Assembly (NCBI GenBank): GCA_905178155.1
Contig: CAJINV010000005.1
Location: 3,585,968 to 3,649,967, forward strand
Length of the DNA stretch: 64,000 bases
Direction: 5' to 3'
Source of the DNA: Amoebophrya sp. A120
Lineage: Eukaryota > Protista > Dinoflagellata
The notes beneath the pieces were generated by a model. It made no database searches. It saw only the letters and a list, made by a program, of their open reading frames with translations, and was not told where the DNA came from. How positions within the stretch are numbered: the stretch's first letter is position 1; the number at the start of each line of letters is the position of its first letter. The position numbers and the translations under genes were made by a program. Of this stretch, positions 11,833-22,100 are shown in pieces.

Positions 11833-12671
11833 TCTGATGCTGCACTACGCTGGCGAGCGCGACTCTGTGAAACGGAAGTAAAATTCTCCCTCAAAGGAAA
11901 AAGGCGAAACCGTCGCTCGCGACGGTTCCACAGTAGAGTGTGGGGGGTGGGCCCAGATAGCACCCACACCCTGTGGTGTAAGCGACAAGAGAAAAACCAC
12001 CAGAATGTGAAAAACAAGAAAAGCGAGTGTACTAAGTAGCCAACCTGGGCGCGGTCTCGTGTCAGCACGGGAACTGAGGGGTGAGAAGAGCATGAGCATA
12101 ACGATCACAAAGTACCGCGCCGCCAAGGAGGTGAGTTTGCAAGGGTAACGGATTGGTTACCGCCAGTGCCAAACAACCCTCATCCCCGTGGCAACACGAG
12201 ACCGACCGCTGAGCATGTCTATGCTACACAATGAAAGACAACCCACGGGGGGTGAAGAGCCACTCTCCTCTCGACCGAAGGTTAACAGCTCACAAACACC
12301 TCGTGAGCACAACTACCACTCCGATCTCGGAATCTAACCGGCATCTACACCTAATCAACAGAGACGGAATGCAGGGAGCAATGTAGACCGAGGGCAACAA
12401 AGGGAACACCCCGCGAGCCTGGCCACGCCAGACCGCGAAATAAGTACCAGGCCAAGGGGGCCCGGAACGTTTCTAATTTCCACTCACAACAATCACACTC
12501 ACATCTTGTTCTCACAACAGAGCAAAGCTTTCGCTAGGAGCTAAAATCCAAGAGCAACCAGGCCAGCATGGATTTGTTCATGTAGGAGTAGTAAAAAGCA
12601 ACACGCCGACGGACCCACTTGGCCGAAGGCGAGGGCCAACCTCTAAAACTAAACTGCACATGCTGCAGTGC

Positions 12672-13814
12672 CTACTTCGGAGGCGCTTGCGCGTCCCCTC
12701 TCAAATCTTTTATCACAAAGGGAGACCGCAACACGTGCGGGAATCTGCAGCTGCTTCCGCGATTACAGCGGCCACGAAGAAAGTCGTGGCAAACAATCCC
12801 CACGTTGGAAGTAGTAGCCAAAATTTCTTCACCTCTCACCGGATCCCAGACCTTAGGGATTCCGGAGGAAGAAGCACGCCCGGGCGGGGCAGGACCCGGA
12901 CCCGGGGGACGTGGAGCGAGTTGTTTAGGCGGTGCCGGGATCTGTAAAGAGCGAATCTGCCCAACGACACGGGCCCCGAAGCCCTGTGTGCCCCCGCGCA
13001 CTTCGCCGTTCAGGATATCGCGGTACTGAGCCGGATCCAGCCGGCGCGACTCCCCCAGGGCAGTCAAATCATGAAACTCCGCCTCTGAAACCAGGTCGGA
13101 GTTCCGGAGCACTTTATGTGTGTTGCGAATCAGCATAACGTTAGTGGTAGGCGACCCCTTTTCGGCTTTGTAGTAGGACGCCAGATCCTCGAGCGGCAAC
13201 CTAGCATCAATCTTCGCTCGTACCCCGTAAGCCTGTTCAGTGAAATGGTCTGCAAAGAAAATCCCGAAGCGAGTCGTCTGCGCGGTTCTATGTTTAGGCG
13301 CGGACGACAAAATCATCTTCACTTCGGCCCGCTCCGAAGCATTGAGGGCCTTGATGCCCTTAAGCGCCTTGATCTCCACGCTACTGCAGATGTGGAGCGA
13401 CCTAACACCGTTGTAGTCCAGCACAGCTCGTGCCAGGCTCTCCGCGGGCACATCTACCGAGGACAGCGAATCAAGTGGGGAAGGCTCCCGCTGGTGCGCT
13501 AATAATTCGGATCGCGAGATCCCAAAGGCCTCGACCTCACTGTCACTAAAATCTTGCACGGCCTTCCGCTTCTTCACCGGGGGCGGGCCCTTGCGGGCCG
13601 GACCCGCCTCGCCCTCTTCCTCCGCGAGAAGAGCAGCGCAAATCTCATCTTCTTCAACTTCGGGGGCCGCCATCGGCGGGGCTTTCACTTTCGCAAACGG
13701 TTTAGCGACCGCCTTAACCGCTTTCGCCTTGTGGGGCGGCGCCTTCCCCTTGGGCTTGGCCGGAGCTTTAGCTTTGGCCGGGTGCTTCGCCTTTGCTTTT
13801 GCTTTCGCGGGCAT
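12672..13814 (-). CDS. Gag-like protein with Lys/Ala/Pro-rich N-terminus and C-terminal CCCH zinc finger
   Basis: MPAKAKAKAKHPAKAKAP...; CHDFLRGRCNRGSSCRFPH (C-x7-C-x5-C-x3-H); located inside the retroelement. Confidence 0.75.
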   Translation of the reverse strand: MPAKAKAKAKHPAKAKAPAKPKGKAPPHKAKAVKAVAKPFAKVKAPPMAAPEVEEDEICAALLAEEEGEAGPARKGPPPVKKRKAVQDFSDSEVEAFGISRSELLAHQREPSPLDSLSSVDVPAESLARAVLDYNGVRSLHICSSVEIKALKGIKALNASERAEVKMILSSAPKHRTAQTTRFGIFFADHFTEQAYGVRAKIDARLPLEDLASYYKAEKGSPTTNVMLIRNTHKVLRNSDLVSEAEFHDLTALGESRRLDPAQYRDILNGEVRGGTQGFGARVVGQIRSLQIPAPPKQLAPRPPGPGPAPPGRASSSGIPKVWDPVRGEEILATTSNVGIVCHDFLRGRCNRGSSCRFPHVLRSPFVIKDLRGDAQAPPK

Positions 13815-14300
13815 CTTGTATCTGAACCTAAAAGCGATGCTCAATGTGAGTGTGAATGTGAACTAAGTGGCAAGATACACTTGCTCGTATCTAACGTGGT
13901 CCCCTGTACGTGGAAAATAAGCGAGAAGAAACCGGTCTGAACCCAAAGTGGGAGGGGGGGGGAGGGCCCAGATCCCATTTACAAGCAGCGTCTCCTGCTG
14001 CGATCAAAGATTTTCCCATACCGACCTAAACATACTCAACCACTCGCATTTCGTATCTGTCAAGAAAAATCGGGCTAGCCCTGGGCTCAAGATCTGACAG
14101 ATTTTAGATTTGGGACCAACAAATTTATGTAGCAACAATTTCCGAGCGACTCGTGCACGAAATAGAACAGACCGCCACTGGACAAAAGTGAAGCAAATAT
14201 ATTTCTGCGCTATGCGGACTCTGGTTTTTTAGAAAACGATTTGGAAGTTTCCAGCTGTGCAGTGCCTGTAGCTCGAGCTGAAACATAATGCACCAGGCGT

Positions 14301-15203
14301 TCACTCCAGGTCGTCCTCCTCCGGAGACCAGCAGCATAGAAGCTGCTGCTCCTGGTCAGAGAATCGCGCAAAGTCATCACTGTATTCGAAAAAGGACAGG
14401 CTCCTAGCCTGAAGAGACCAGCCCTGCCTATTGGAGACCACCGCCACAAGCTTTTGCCGAGCTTTGGCGGCTTTCTTCCTATTCCATGCTAAGCGCGACG
14501 TGATCGCACACGTACGACGTGGCCCATGGCCACTCGTCTCGGCTAGCCTACAGGCAGACATGAACTCGCACTTCGATATCGGAAACAACGTGGCCCAGTT
14601 CTCAACTGAGCACACCGGGCAAACATTCACCCGGCTCTTCTTACACATGCAGAGCACCTCCATGCGGCGTAGCTGCGAGGTTTTGTCCTTGCGGACCATC
14701 AAAGCTGCTGACCGGGTCACACCTCCCTGCCTACGCAGGAAGACCTGCGAGCGGCTAATCGCCGTCAGGGTGTCGCCACGGATCCCTAGCGCCGAGGCCA
14801 CTACTAAAATTTCTTTCTCCCGCTGTGTCATACGGCCCAGGGAAGCCAAAAAGATGGGCGTTGCCTTCTTCGGTTGAAGGTTCTGCGATTTCAAGTACCG
14901 GCCGATTGCCCGCTGCAGACCGAGGAGCTGCCGGGGGAATAAAATGTTTTTAATTCTTCCCGCCTCCCCTTCTAGCGTCACTGCTGAAGACAGGTAACCC
15001 GCCGCAGAGGTAAACCCCTGGGCCAAAAGAAAAGCGGCAAACTGTCGAAAATCCGCAATCCCAACTTCCCGGGCCTGCTCCAGGCCTTTCTGCACTTTGA
15101 ACGCCTGCCATGCTCTTGCGTGAGAAGATTGCGGAGAACGTGTCCCGAAGACACTGGGCGCTGGCCCTCTAAATGAATACGTATGCGGGCGGCCCCGAGC
15201 CAT
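14301..15203 (-). CDS. Tyrosine recombinase
   Basis: Catalytic pattern GIR(R), KDKT(K), CPV, GHGPRR (H-x-x-R), GW and C-terminal Tyr (FFEY). The ORF track extends to a GTG at 15248. Confidence 0.85.
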   Translation of the reverse strand: MARGRPHTYSFRGPAPSVFGTRSPQSSHARAWQAFKVQKGLEQAREVGIADFRQFAAFLLAQGFTSAAGYLSSAVTLEGEAGRIKNILFPRQLLGLQRAIGRYLKSQNLQPKKATPIFLASLGRMTQREKEILVVASALGIRGDTLTAISRSQVFLRRQGGVTRSAALMVRKDKTSQLRRMEVLCMCKKSRVNVCPVCSVENWATLFPISKCEFMSACRLAETSGHGPRRTCAITSRLAWNRKKAAKARQKLVAVVSNRQGWSLQARSLSFFEYSDDFARFSDQEQQLLCCWSPEEDDLE

Positions 15204-15773
15204 GTTTGCAATCAAAGTTGTGATAGACAAGGTAAGACAAATCCACACATCGCCCTAACGGCACCTACTGAGACTTAGATCTGGAAAGGAACGGACCACT
15301 ATCTGCCCTCAAAAGCACTACAGCAGCCTGGTAGTAGAAGAGAAAGAGAGAAAGGTTGACTTGGCGCGGGGCCTCAGAAGCGACCTAGCTACCCGAGCCC
15401 TACATCTAACATTCCGCACACTGTCGGATCCAATTTCCGATCTAACACTCTGAGCGCGTATCCTTTGTTTTTGAAGACCTTCCTTCATTTGAGCAAAAAT
15501 AAACAGAGCCTCAAGCTCTTCAAAGACAAGTACTCACCTGCCGCGCAGTTGAAGCATGAGTATCAGAAAACTTCCATGTCTCTACGAAGACATGGATTGA
15601 AAAAGAAATCGTAGCAACCTGCTGTGGCCTTGCTGGCCCTAACTCACAATGGCTTTCGCGCCCACGCTAAACTGCCCCCGCTGGGGCCACCCTCTATGGT
15701 GAGAAAAAAGGAATAAACTCCCCCCGCTGGGGGATGCCCTCACTGGCGCCACCTACTTCGGTGTAGAACAAAA

Positions 15774-15964
15774 GGGCAAAAATTCACCTAAACCTACGTC
15801 CCCCAGACGCACATATCGATGACTCTACATCGCTCCTCCCCACTCTAGGGGAGGAGATCGCAAACGTGCAATAGCTTCTACGGATCTGCCAGCCGATATA
15901 GTGCGAACGGGGGACCCCAAATCCCAGTTACTACACGAAAAGGATCTACCGAGGTAGATATGTC
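15774..15964 (-). repeat. Split direct repeat A1 (5' terminus of element)
   Basis: Identical to 8813-9003. Confidence 0.95.
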
Positions 15965-16496
15965 GATATTATTACAGCCGGCACCCCCGCCACTAGTGGC
16001 AGTTGCGCATCTAGTGTTCCGTTGTCCCCGCGACGAAGACCGAGAGCGTCTCCCAGTGCCACGGGCAGTTCGGGGAATGTTATGTCAGGTTGTAGTTCTA
16101 CTGGCAAAATATTAGAGTCGTGGCGCCCACCTTCTAAGTAGTTGCCCGCAAGGCCCGCACGACGGCCGAAATATGTTGGGTCGAACGCGGGCAGGTGCTC
16201 CGGGGAGGACGCGGCACTTGAACAAGCTGAAGAGGTGAGCGCGTTCGCCGACGTTGCTCTGGACAGGAGGGGTGACGCCTGGGTGCTCGCGGTGGCAGAA
16301 GTGGTTGTGCAGGCGGCGTCGGCGAAACGAAAATGTGGTCCTCCATATTTCCTCTGAGTGCAGGGCACAATGCGGATCGGCGACCCGGATGGAACTCCGG
16401 GCCTCCCCTGGCACGGATGCAACAGCATGCGCAACCGCAACTTCCACCAGCGCGCCGCGCTTTGCCAGTCCACGCTGGTGATCAATGAGAGCAAAG

Positions 16497-16818
16497 TATC
16501 CTGTGTAAAACCACCCGCCCAGACTTGTCAACGTGATGCAGGTCTGCTCAAATGTTTGGCATGCGCAGTCCCAACTACCCATGAGGAACAACATTCAGTA
16601 ATGCACATTTCTTGGGAGTTTGAGTCATTTGTCACTCGCTCGAATAGCGACTAGATGTAAAAGTGACTACTTGTCCGGCTGCCGCGTGGCTATACAGTAT
16701 GACACTGGGAGCCCCCGATTTTCTCATGTGCAAATTATACAGCCAAAACTTGTTGATTTGTGTAGCAGATTTTCCATTTTTACTCTGGCCGGGTGGGCGG
16801 AATGCTTTTACTCTGATA
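16497..16818. mobile_element. Introner-like TIR element
   Basis: Termini tatcctgtgtaaaa...ttttactctgata. TSD CAAAG/CAGAG. Left end resembles that of 39805-40083. Confidence 0.7.
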
Positions 16819-16989
16819 CAGAGAAGAGAAAAAAGCCACTCTCGTGAACCACATCGCTGTATTGCGGGCGTGTTGCGGGTTATGCATTGCAAAACTATCG
16901 CACTGCTAGAACTACTAGCATAGTTGGTTTTCTTTACCAGAAAGAAGAATGAAATTTGTGATGCACGTTCAGGCACAAGAGCGGATTTA

Positions 16990-18102
16990 TCATGCCGGAC
17001 TTCTGCGGCTTTTACCTTTACGAGCGCGGTACTTTTGCAGAGCATACGGATCGCGGAGAAAGAGTTCGGTGGTTGCGATCAGGGAGGAGTTGGTCGTCGC
17101 TCTTGTAGCAGGAGTACAGCATCTACTGCTGCCCCCAGCAAGAACAGCTGATGTACTAGTTACATTTGCATTCATTCTCCCACAACTCAGCTCGCACCAC
17201 TGCGCAAACCATTCCACCAGTGCGAGAAGTAAACAGGCACAGGTTTTCAGCCCTTTTTTCGACCGCAGAAATCCCCCTAAGCGGCTGCGGACCCACAGTT
17301 TGTGCAGTAGTTTCTCCCGCCGGGTTGGGCAAGTGAATTTTCTGTGTAGATTTCTGCAGGTGCTGCTAAGGATTCTCTTTGACTGCTCGCAGGCGACGAA
17401 GGTTTCGAGGGTGTCAACGTGGAAGAAATCTTGGTCCAGGACGTGGCGGGCCGTCGAAGATCTGGTTGGATGCAGGTCCGTGTGATCGACTTCCTTTGTC
17501 CTGCTAATTGTTACGCTGCAAGCTTGATCAGATGGTACGTCATGATTTTCGAGATCAAAGTGCAAGTCCGCCTGTTCCTCCCGTGCGTTCATCCTGGTGC
17601 TTTGTGCAGCTACAGAGCAGCTGCTCCGGCACTTATTTTGTAGGCAAGCCAAAGCAACACCCCGTGGTCTTGGTGATGGCGAGCTGCTACGCGGCCGTTC
17701 ACGGAGCGGCGATGGATTTACCACGTAAGCGACAGCTTCACCTTTAATTCTTGCGCGCGCGCTAGAGGCACTGGTTGTAGCATTTTCCGCGGACGACGCA
17801 CAAGCGTCAGACTTTTTTCGGGCAAAAATTGCCGCCGCCGAAACTGCAAGACTGGTAGTTGTCCTCGGAACAATCGTAAAAGCGGTCGGGTCCGCGACTG
17901 CGAGCAGGCAACAAGTGCGCCATATTACCGCTCGAGAAATGGACTGCAAAGTAGGTGTTCGCATATTTGGATTTGCAGCTGATGTACGTGAAAATAAAAC
18001 TCGCATCAACCGAGAGCGAGAGTGAGCTGCGCCTGAAAACGAAAAATTAACCAATGGAGGAAATAGATGACTAGGACAGGAGAGCGTATGCGCATTGATC
18101 AA
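16990..18102 (-). CDS. Hypothetical protein (uncertain)
   Basis: 370-codon ORF on the coding strand; no motif recognised. Confidence 0.3.
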   Translation of the reverse strand: MINAHTLSCPSHLFPPLVNFSFSGAAHSRSRLMRVLFSRTSAANPNMRTPTLQSISRAVIWRTCCLLAVADPTAFTIVPRTTTSLAVSAAAIFARKKSDACASSAENATTSASSARARIKGEAVAYVVNPSPLRERPRSSSPSPRPRGVALACLQNKCRSSCSVAAQSTRMNAREEQADLHFDLENHDVPSDQACSVTISRTKEVDHTDLHPTRSSTARHVLDQDFFHVDTLETFVACEQSKRILSSTCRNLHRKFTCPTRREKLLHKLWVRSRLGGFLRSKKGLKTCACLLLALVEWFAQWCELSCGRMNANVTSTSAVLAGGSSRCCTPATRATTNSSLIATTELFLRDPYALQKYRARKGKSRRSPA

Positions 18103-19156
18103 CCGAAACTGCTACCGCAACTTTGGACGATCTTTTTGTCATTTTTTTGCAAAAAGGCTAGAGCCGGTGGCGCGGTACTGTCACTTTAGCAAAATGAGGG
18201 GCCTTATGCTGACGAACGCAGGCTTTCCTTTTTCGTCACCCTCCACAACAAAGAAAATCGCTGCGCACGACCACCATTCTATGCTATTGGTTGCGATATG
18301 AAAATTCAATGCAGAAAAATTATAAAATTTCTCACCACAACAAATCTAAATACATGAAGATAGATTCACGACTGCAAGACGACATTTCTCGTACGACACT
18401 AGTATTATCCCGGCCGTAGAATCACCATGAAATCAGAAAACCATAACGCTGTAGATTCTGACTCAACTACAATCAAAATTGCAAACAAGAGAGATTTAGG
18501 CCTGAATTATAAGTACAATACCAACTGTTTTTTGTCCCATGAAAAATTTAATGCGGATGAAAACTGAAAACAAATGAAAGCTACATCAAACTACTGCGAT
18601 CCGGCTGCTATCGACGCCATCCATAAATTTGCAAGAGTAATGAATTATGCGAAATGGAGTTTATTCACCTCACGGACATGCTGGAATTCTCAATCTGTAG
18701 TCACGATAATGATACACATGCTAAAAATCCGGAAAATCGACAAACAATGCAATAGAAACAAATCCTGTCAATGTCAAAGTCAAAATGTTGCTCACAATTA
18801 TGCTATTGTGTACTTAAGCTACAGTATACAAATACAATTACATCATACTTTTAGTTTTTCTTTTTTCTAGGAAAGAGTTCAACTGCCGTACCTACTGTTA
18901 CAACACAGTGCGCGTAAGATCAAGAAGGATGCATTACTCAACACTGGCCGTCATGAAAAACTTTCTGCGATAAGCGGTCTTTTAAGAACCAAGTGAGAGT
19001 GTGAAGAATCGATGGAGTCGAAAATTTCAAAACTACTTCTACAGTCTTCAGAACAGAGAATGCAAGCGGTGAAAATAAGGAGCGCAATAAAATGTCGTCT
19101 CAAGAGATGACTCACGACATGATTCTCCTCCTGCGCATCCTCCATAAGAACATCCC

Positions 19157-22100
19157 CTACCTTGATGCGCGTACCGAGTGCGATGCCCACAAGGAGGAAC
19201 TCCCGCCGTTCCGGCCCCCGCTCACCATGCTGGCCGGGTCCAGAAAGTGACCCTTCTGCGGGCTCCCGCGGCGACGCGAATCACCCAACTTGTTGGGCGA
19301 GAAGCTGCCCGCCCAAGCTGGGGTTTTCATGATGTTCGACCCCAGCTGATTTAGCTGCCCGTTATGTCCCGCCCGGGACGTCGCCGCGGATCCACCGCCG
19401 GCCACCGCGCCCCCGCTGCCCGTGCCCACTCGGGTGCTGTTCGCCCCGGCATACAACGCCTTCGCCGAGTGCGGTAAGTGCTGCGGGTAGTTCAGGTTCA
19501 TATTTTTATTCGGACTGCTGGTCGTCGTACTTTTGCCGAGGGGTGAAGGGTGGGATGATGTTGAACCTCCTGGCGTCGATACAACGACGCCAGCTCCACC
19601 TCCAAGGTGGCCAACACCGGGACTGCTGCTGACCGAGGTTACCTGCATCGGCATTTGGGAATGTGGACCCTGATGATGGTGCAAGTGACTGGCCTGCAAA
19701 GCGCTGACGCCGACACTCTGCAGCGGGGAAGCGGAAGCATTCCGCGTGGAACTATCCACCGTTCCACCAGCTCCAAGGCCGACGCCCCCGCTAGTTGTGC
19801 TACCAAAGCCCAAATTGCTGCCGTTCGCCGCTGCAGGCGGGGGCACGACCATCGGCTTCACAAAGTTGTGAATCATCTGGGTTTTGCTCATCGTTCCACC
19901 CGCCAACTGCTGCTGCTGCTGTTGCTGATCTCTATCGGACAAGATCACACTGGACGAGGTGTTGGCCCTCAGCCCCGTTCTAGTGCGGTTCGCGGCGTAG
20001 TGCAGTTGCGGGTCCAGAAAATCCACCGATGCGGAGTGGTTGTGGTGCGATGAAGTAGATGAACTACCTGGCGGATGCTGATGGTCTGCTGTAGTACTGG
20101 TCGAAGTAGTGTTCGGCTTGATATTCCCTCCCACACCAGATGATCCACTGCCTACGACAGACGCTAACGTCTGCTTGTTGCTGTGTTGTTGATCGGGCGG
20201 CGCAAGCACGACGCTCGTCGGAACACTACTTCCCTGGTGCTGTGCAGCAGTCGTGCCGTTCGCTCCGTTTTTGATGACAGCACCCGCAGCATTTATTTTC
20301 TGATTGCTCCGCACGCTTGAGACTAACAACCCCGCGCTGGTCGGCGGGGCTTGGCCGAAGGCCGGCGCGGTGCCGAAGGTAGCGTTGTCGCGCCCGTGGT
20401 TATTTGATGTTGTTCCGCCAACATGATTGCCCCCGCCGCCCAACTTGTTTGACGCTGCACCTCCTGGCGTCCTCGGTACCATATTGCCGCCGCCCGGCGT
20501 ACTGTTTCTGTCGTAGCTATGGATGTGTCAGAGTTGAAATCGACAAAGTTGAAATAATTTGCCATCCATAAAATGGATGCCAGTTGGAACCCAGTTTCCA
20601 AGTGGCGCATGACAAATTTCGGCGCTCCCTAAATCCAGTTTGTCATGCTGTTTAGGCAAAGAAGAGCGATTTTCCCATGCTACTTTAGCAGCTCGAGCTG
20701 TAACCCCAAACAGGCTTACAATTGGCCTCACTTGCCTGCTCTGCAACACACGCACCTCGGGTCATGCATTTTATGCATTACAAATTATTTCAACTTTGAC
20801 GATTTCAAACCTGACGCTTCCATAGTAGCCGGGGAGAATTTTTTGCAGGGTGTTGATCCGGCTCGAGTTCAGCACGGACGCCACTTTGTCGTGCAAGCGC
20901 GGCATCACGTCGTGCATGGTTTCCCCGTCTTGGAAGAGAATGTCCAGCCGTCCGTTCTCGAGTTTTCTCCGCACCACCACTTTCTCCCACCCCAGGTTCG
21001 TCAAAACTTGCACGACGTCGCCCATTTTCAAGTGCGCGTAGCGGTAGGTTGCTTTCTTCACTGTTTGCTCCGAATTCTTGTCCGGAGACCCGGAATTATT
21101 CTGCTGATTGTTTTCTCCGGAGGAAGAACCGGTGTCATTTTTATTCCCCGGAGCGTTCGCCGTTCCAACGCGACTGTTGCTGACCGAAGAACCATCGTTG
21201 TTCGCCGGCGCATCGACGATGGAAAGACCCTGCGTTTTATCACCGGGAATAAAAGCGTTATTAACGGACTTTGTGATGCAGCAATGTTCTATGCAGGAAC
21301 ACGGACGGGGCCGTGAGACAACCACAACTTGCTTCTTTTGGTTTTGCATAGCAACCAAAAATATACTTTAAAATCTTTGTATGCAAATGACTGGTGGAAT
21401 CTTCATCTTCTGTGATAACCGTTAAGAACGATAACATGCTTTTGGTTGATACGTTTTCAAAATGTGCTCGCCGAGATCTCCCGGGGGGTTTTGCAGCAAG
21501 TTGTGATAACGATATCCCTGCATCGACTGGGTCGGAACCCCCCCGGACGCGCCCACCGAGGCCGGCTGAATCAAGGTTGCGATGTTTTGTTGATCGCTTT
21601 CTCCTGTTGAACCGGTCCCATTTGACGCGCCTTGCTGCCCACCACCGGACGAGGCATTGTTCATCGCTCCAGCAGCGCCATTCATCACTCGGCCAATCCG
21701 ACTTCCCATGCTGTTCCTGAGGCGATCCGCCACCGCGGCTGCAATCGCCCCCGGCTCACGACTGTGCTCGTTGACCGAGTCGTAATTGTTTAAGCCACCG
21801 CCTCCGACGCCCTGCCCGGCAATCGCGAGCGGACGGTCGTCCTTCAAACGGTTCAGCATTTCCGTGGTGGTTGGAGTCGACGTTGCATTGTCTGCTCCAG
21901 AGTTGTTGTTTTCGCTCATCCGCGCCTGGGGAAACATTTGGTGATCGGCCCCGGCGGACTTGCTCGAGATCAGAAGTGGGTGCTTGCTGTCCGCGTTTTG
22001 ATGTCCCCCGCCGCCGGGGAGCAAGGAAGCCACAGTACGGGCACGTGAACGGAGGTGCTGGGCGCGACGGTCTGTATGGTATAGTGGAAGCTTTATCGAC

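Larger units (their letters stand above)
8633..15964 (-). mobile_element. Tyrosine-recombinase (DIRS-order; Ngaro/PAT-like split-direct-repeat) retrotransposon, apparently intact
   Basis: Repeats in element sense: A1(15964-15774)...B1(9128-9004)-A2(9003-8813)-B2(8757-8633). Encodes YR, gag-like and RT/RNaseH ORFs. No TSD. Confidence 0.93.
8542..16854 (-). pseudogene. Host gene (possibly secreted) interrupted by the YR retrotransposon
   Basis: MWFTRVAFFSSL|LSLITS (across element 16497-16818)...VPAVIIS, then, skipping 8633-15964, GATEGNSSSGSAGSHQWLNLPYGQGAAPP* in the same frame. No recognisable domain. Confidence 0.45.

Noticed and set aside
8633-15964. LTR retrotransposon
   Set aside because: No integrase or protease, no TG...CA ends and no TSD. 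The repeats are split A...BAB and a YR is present.
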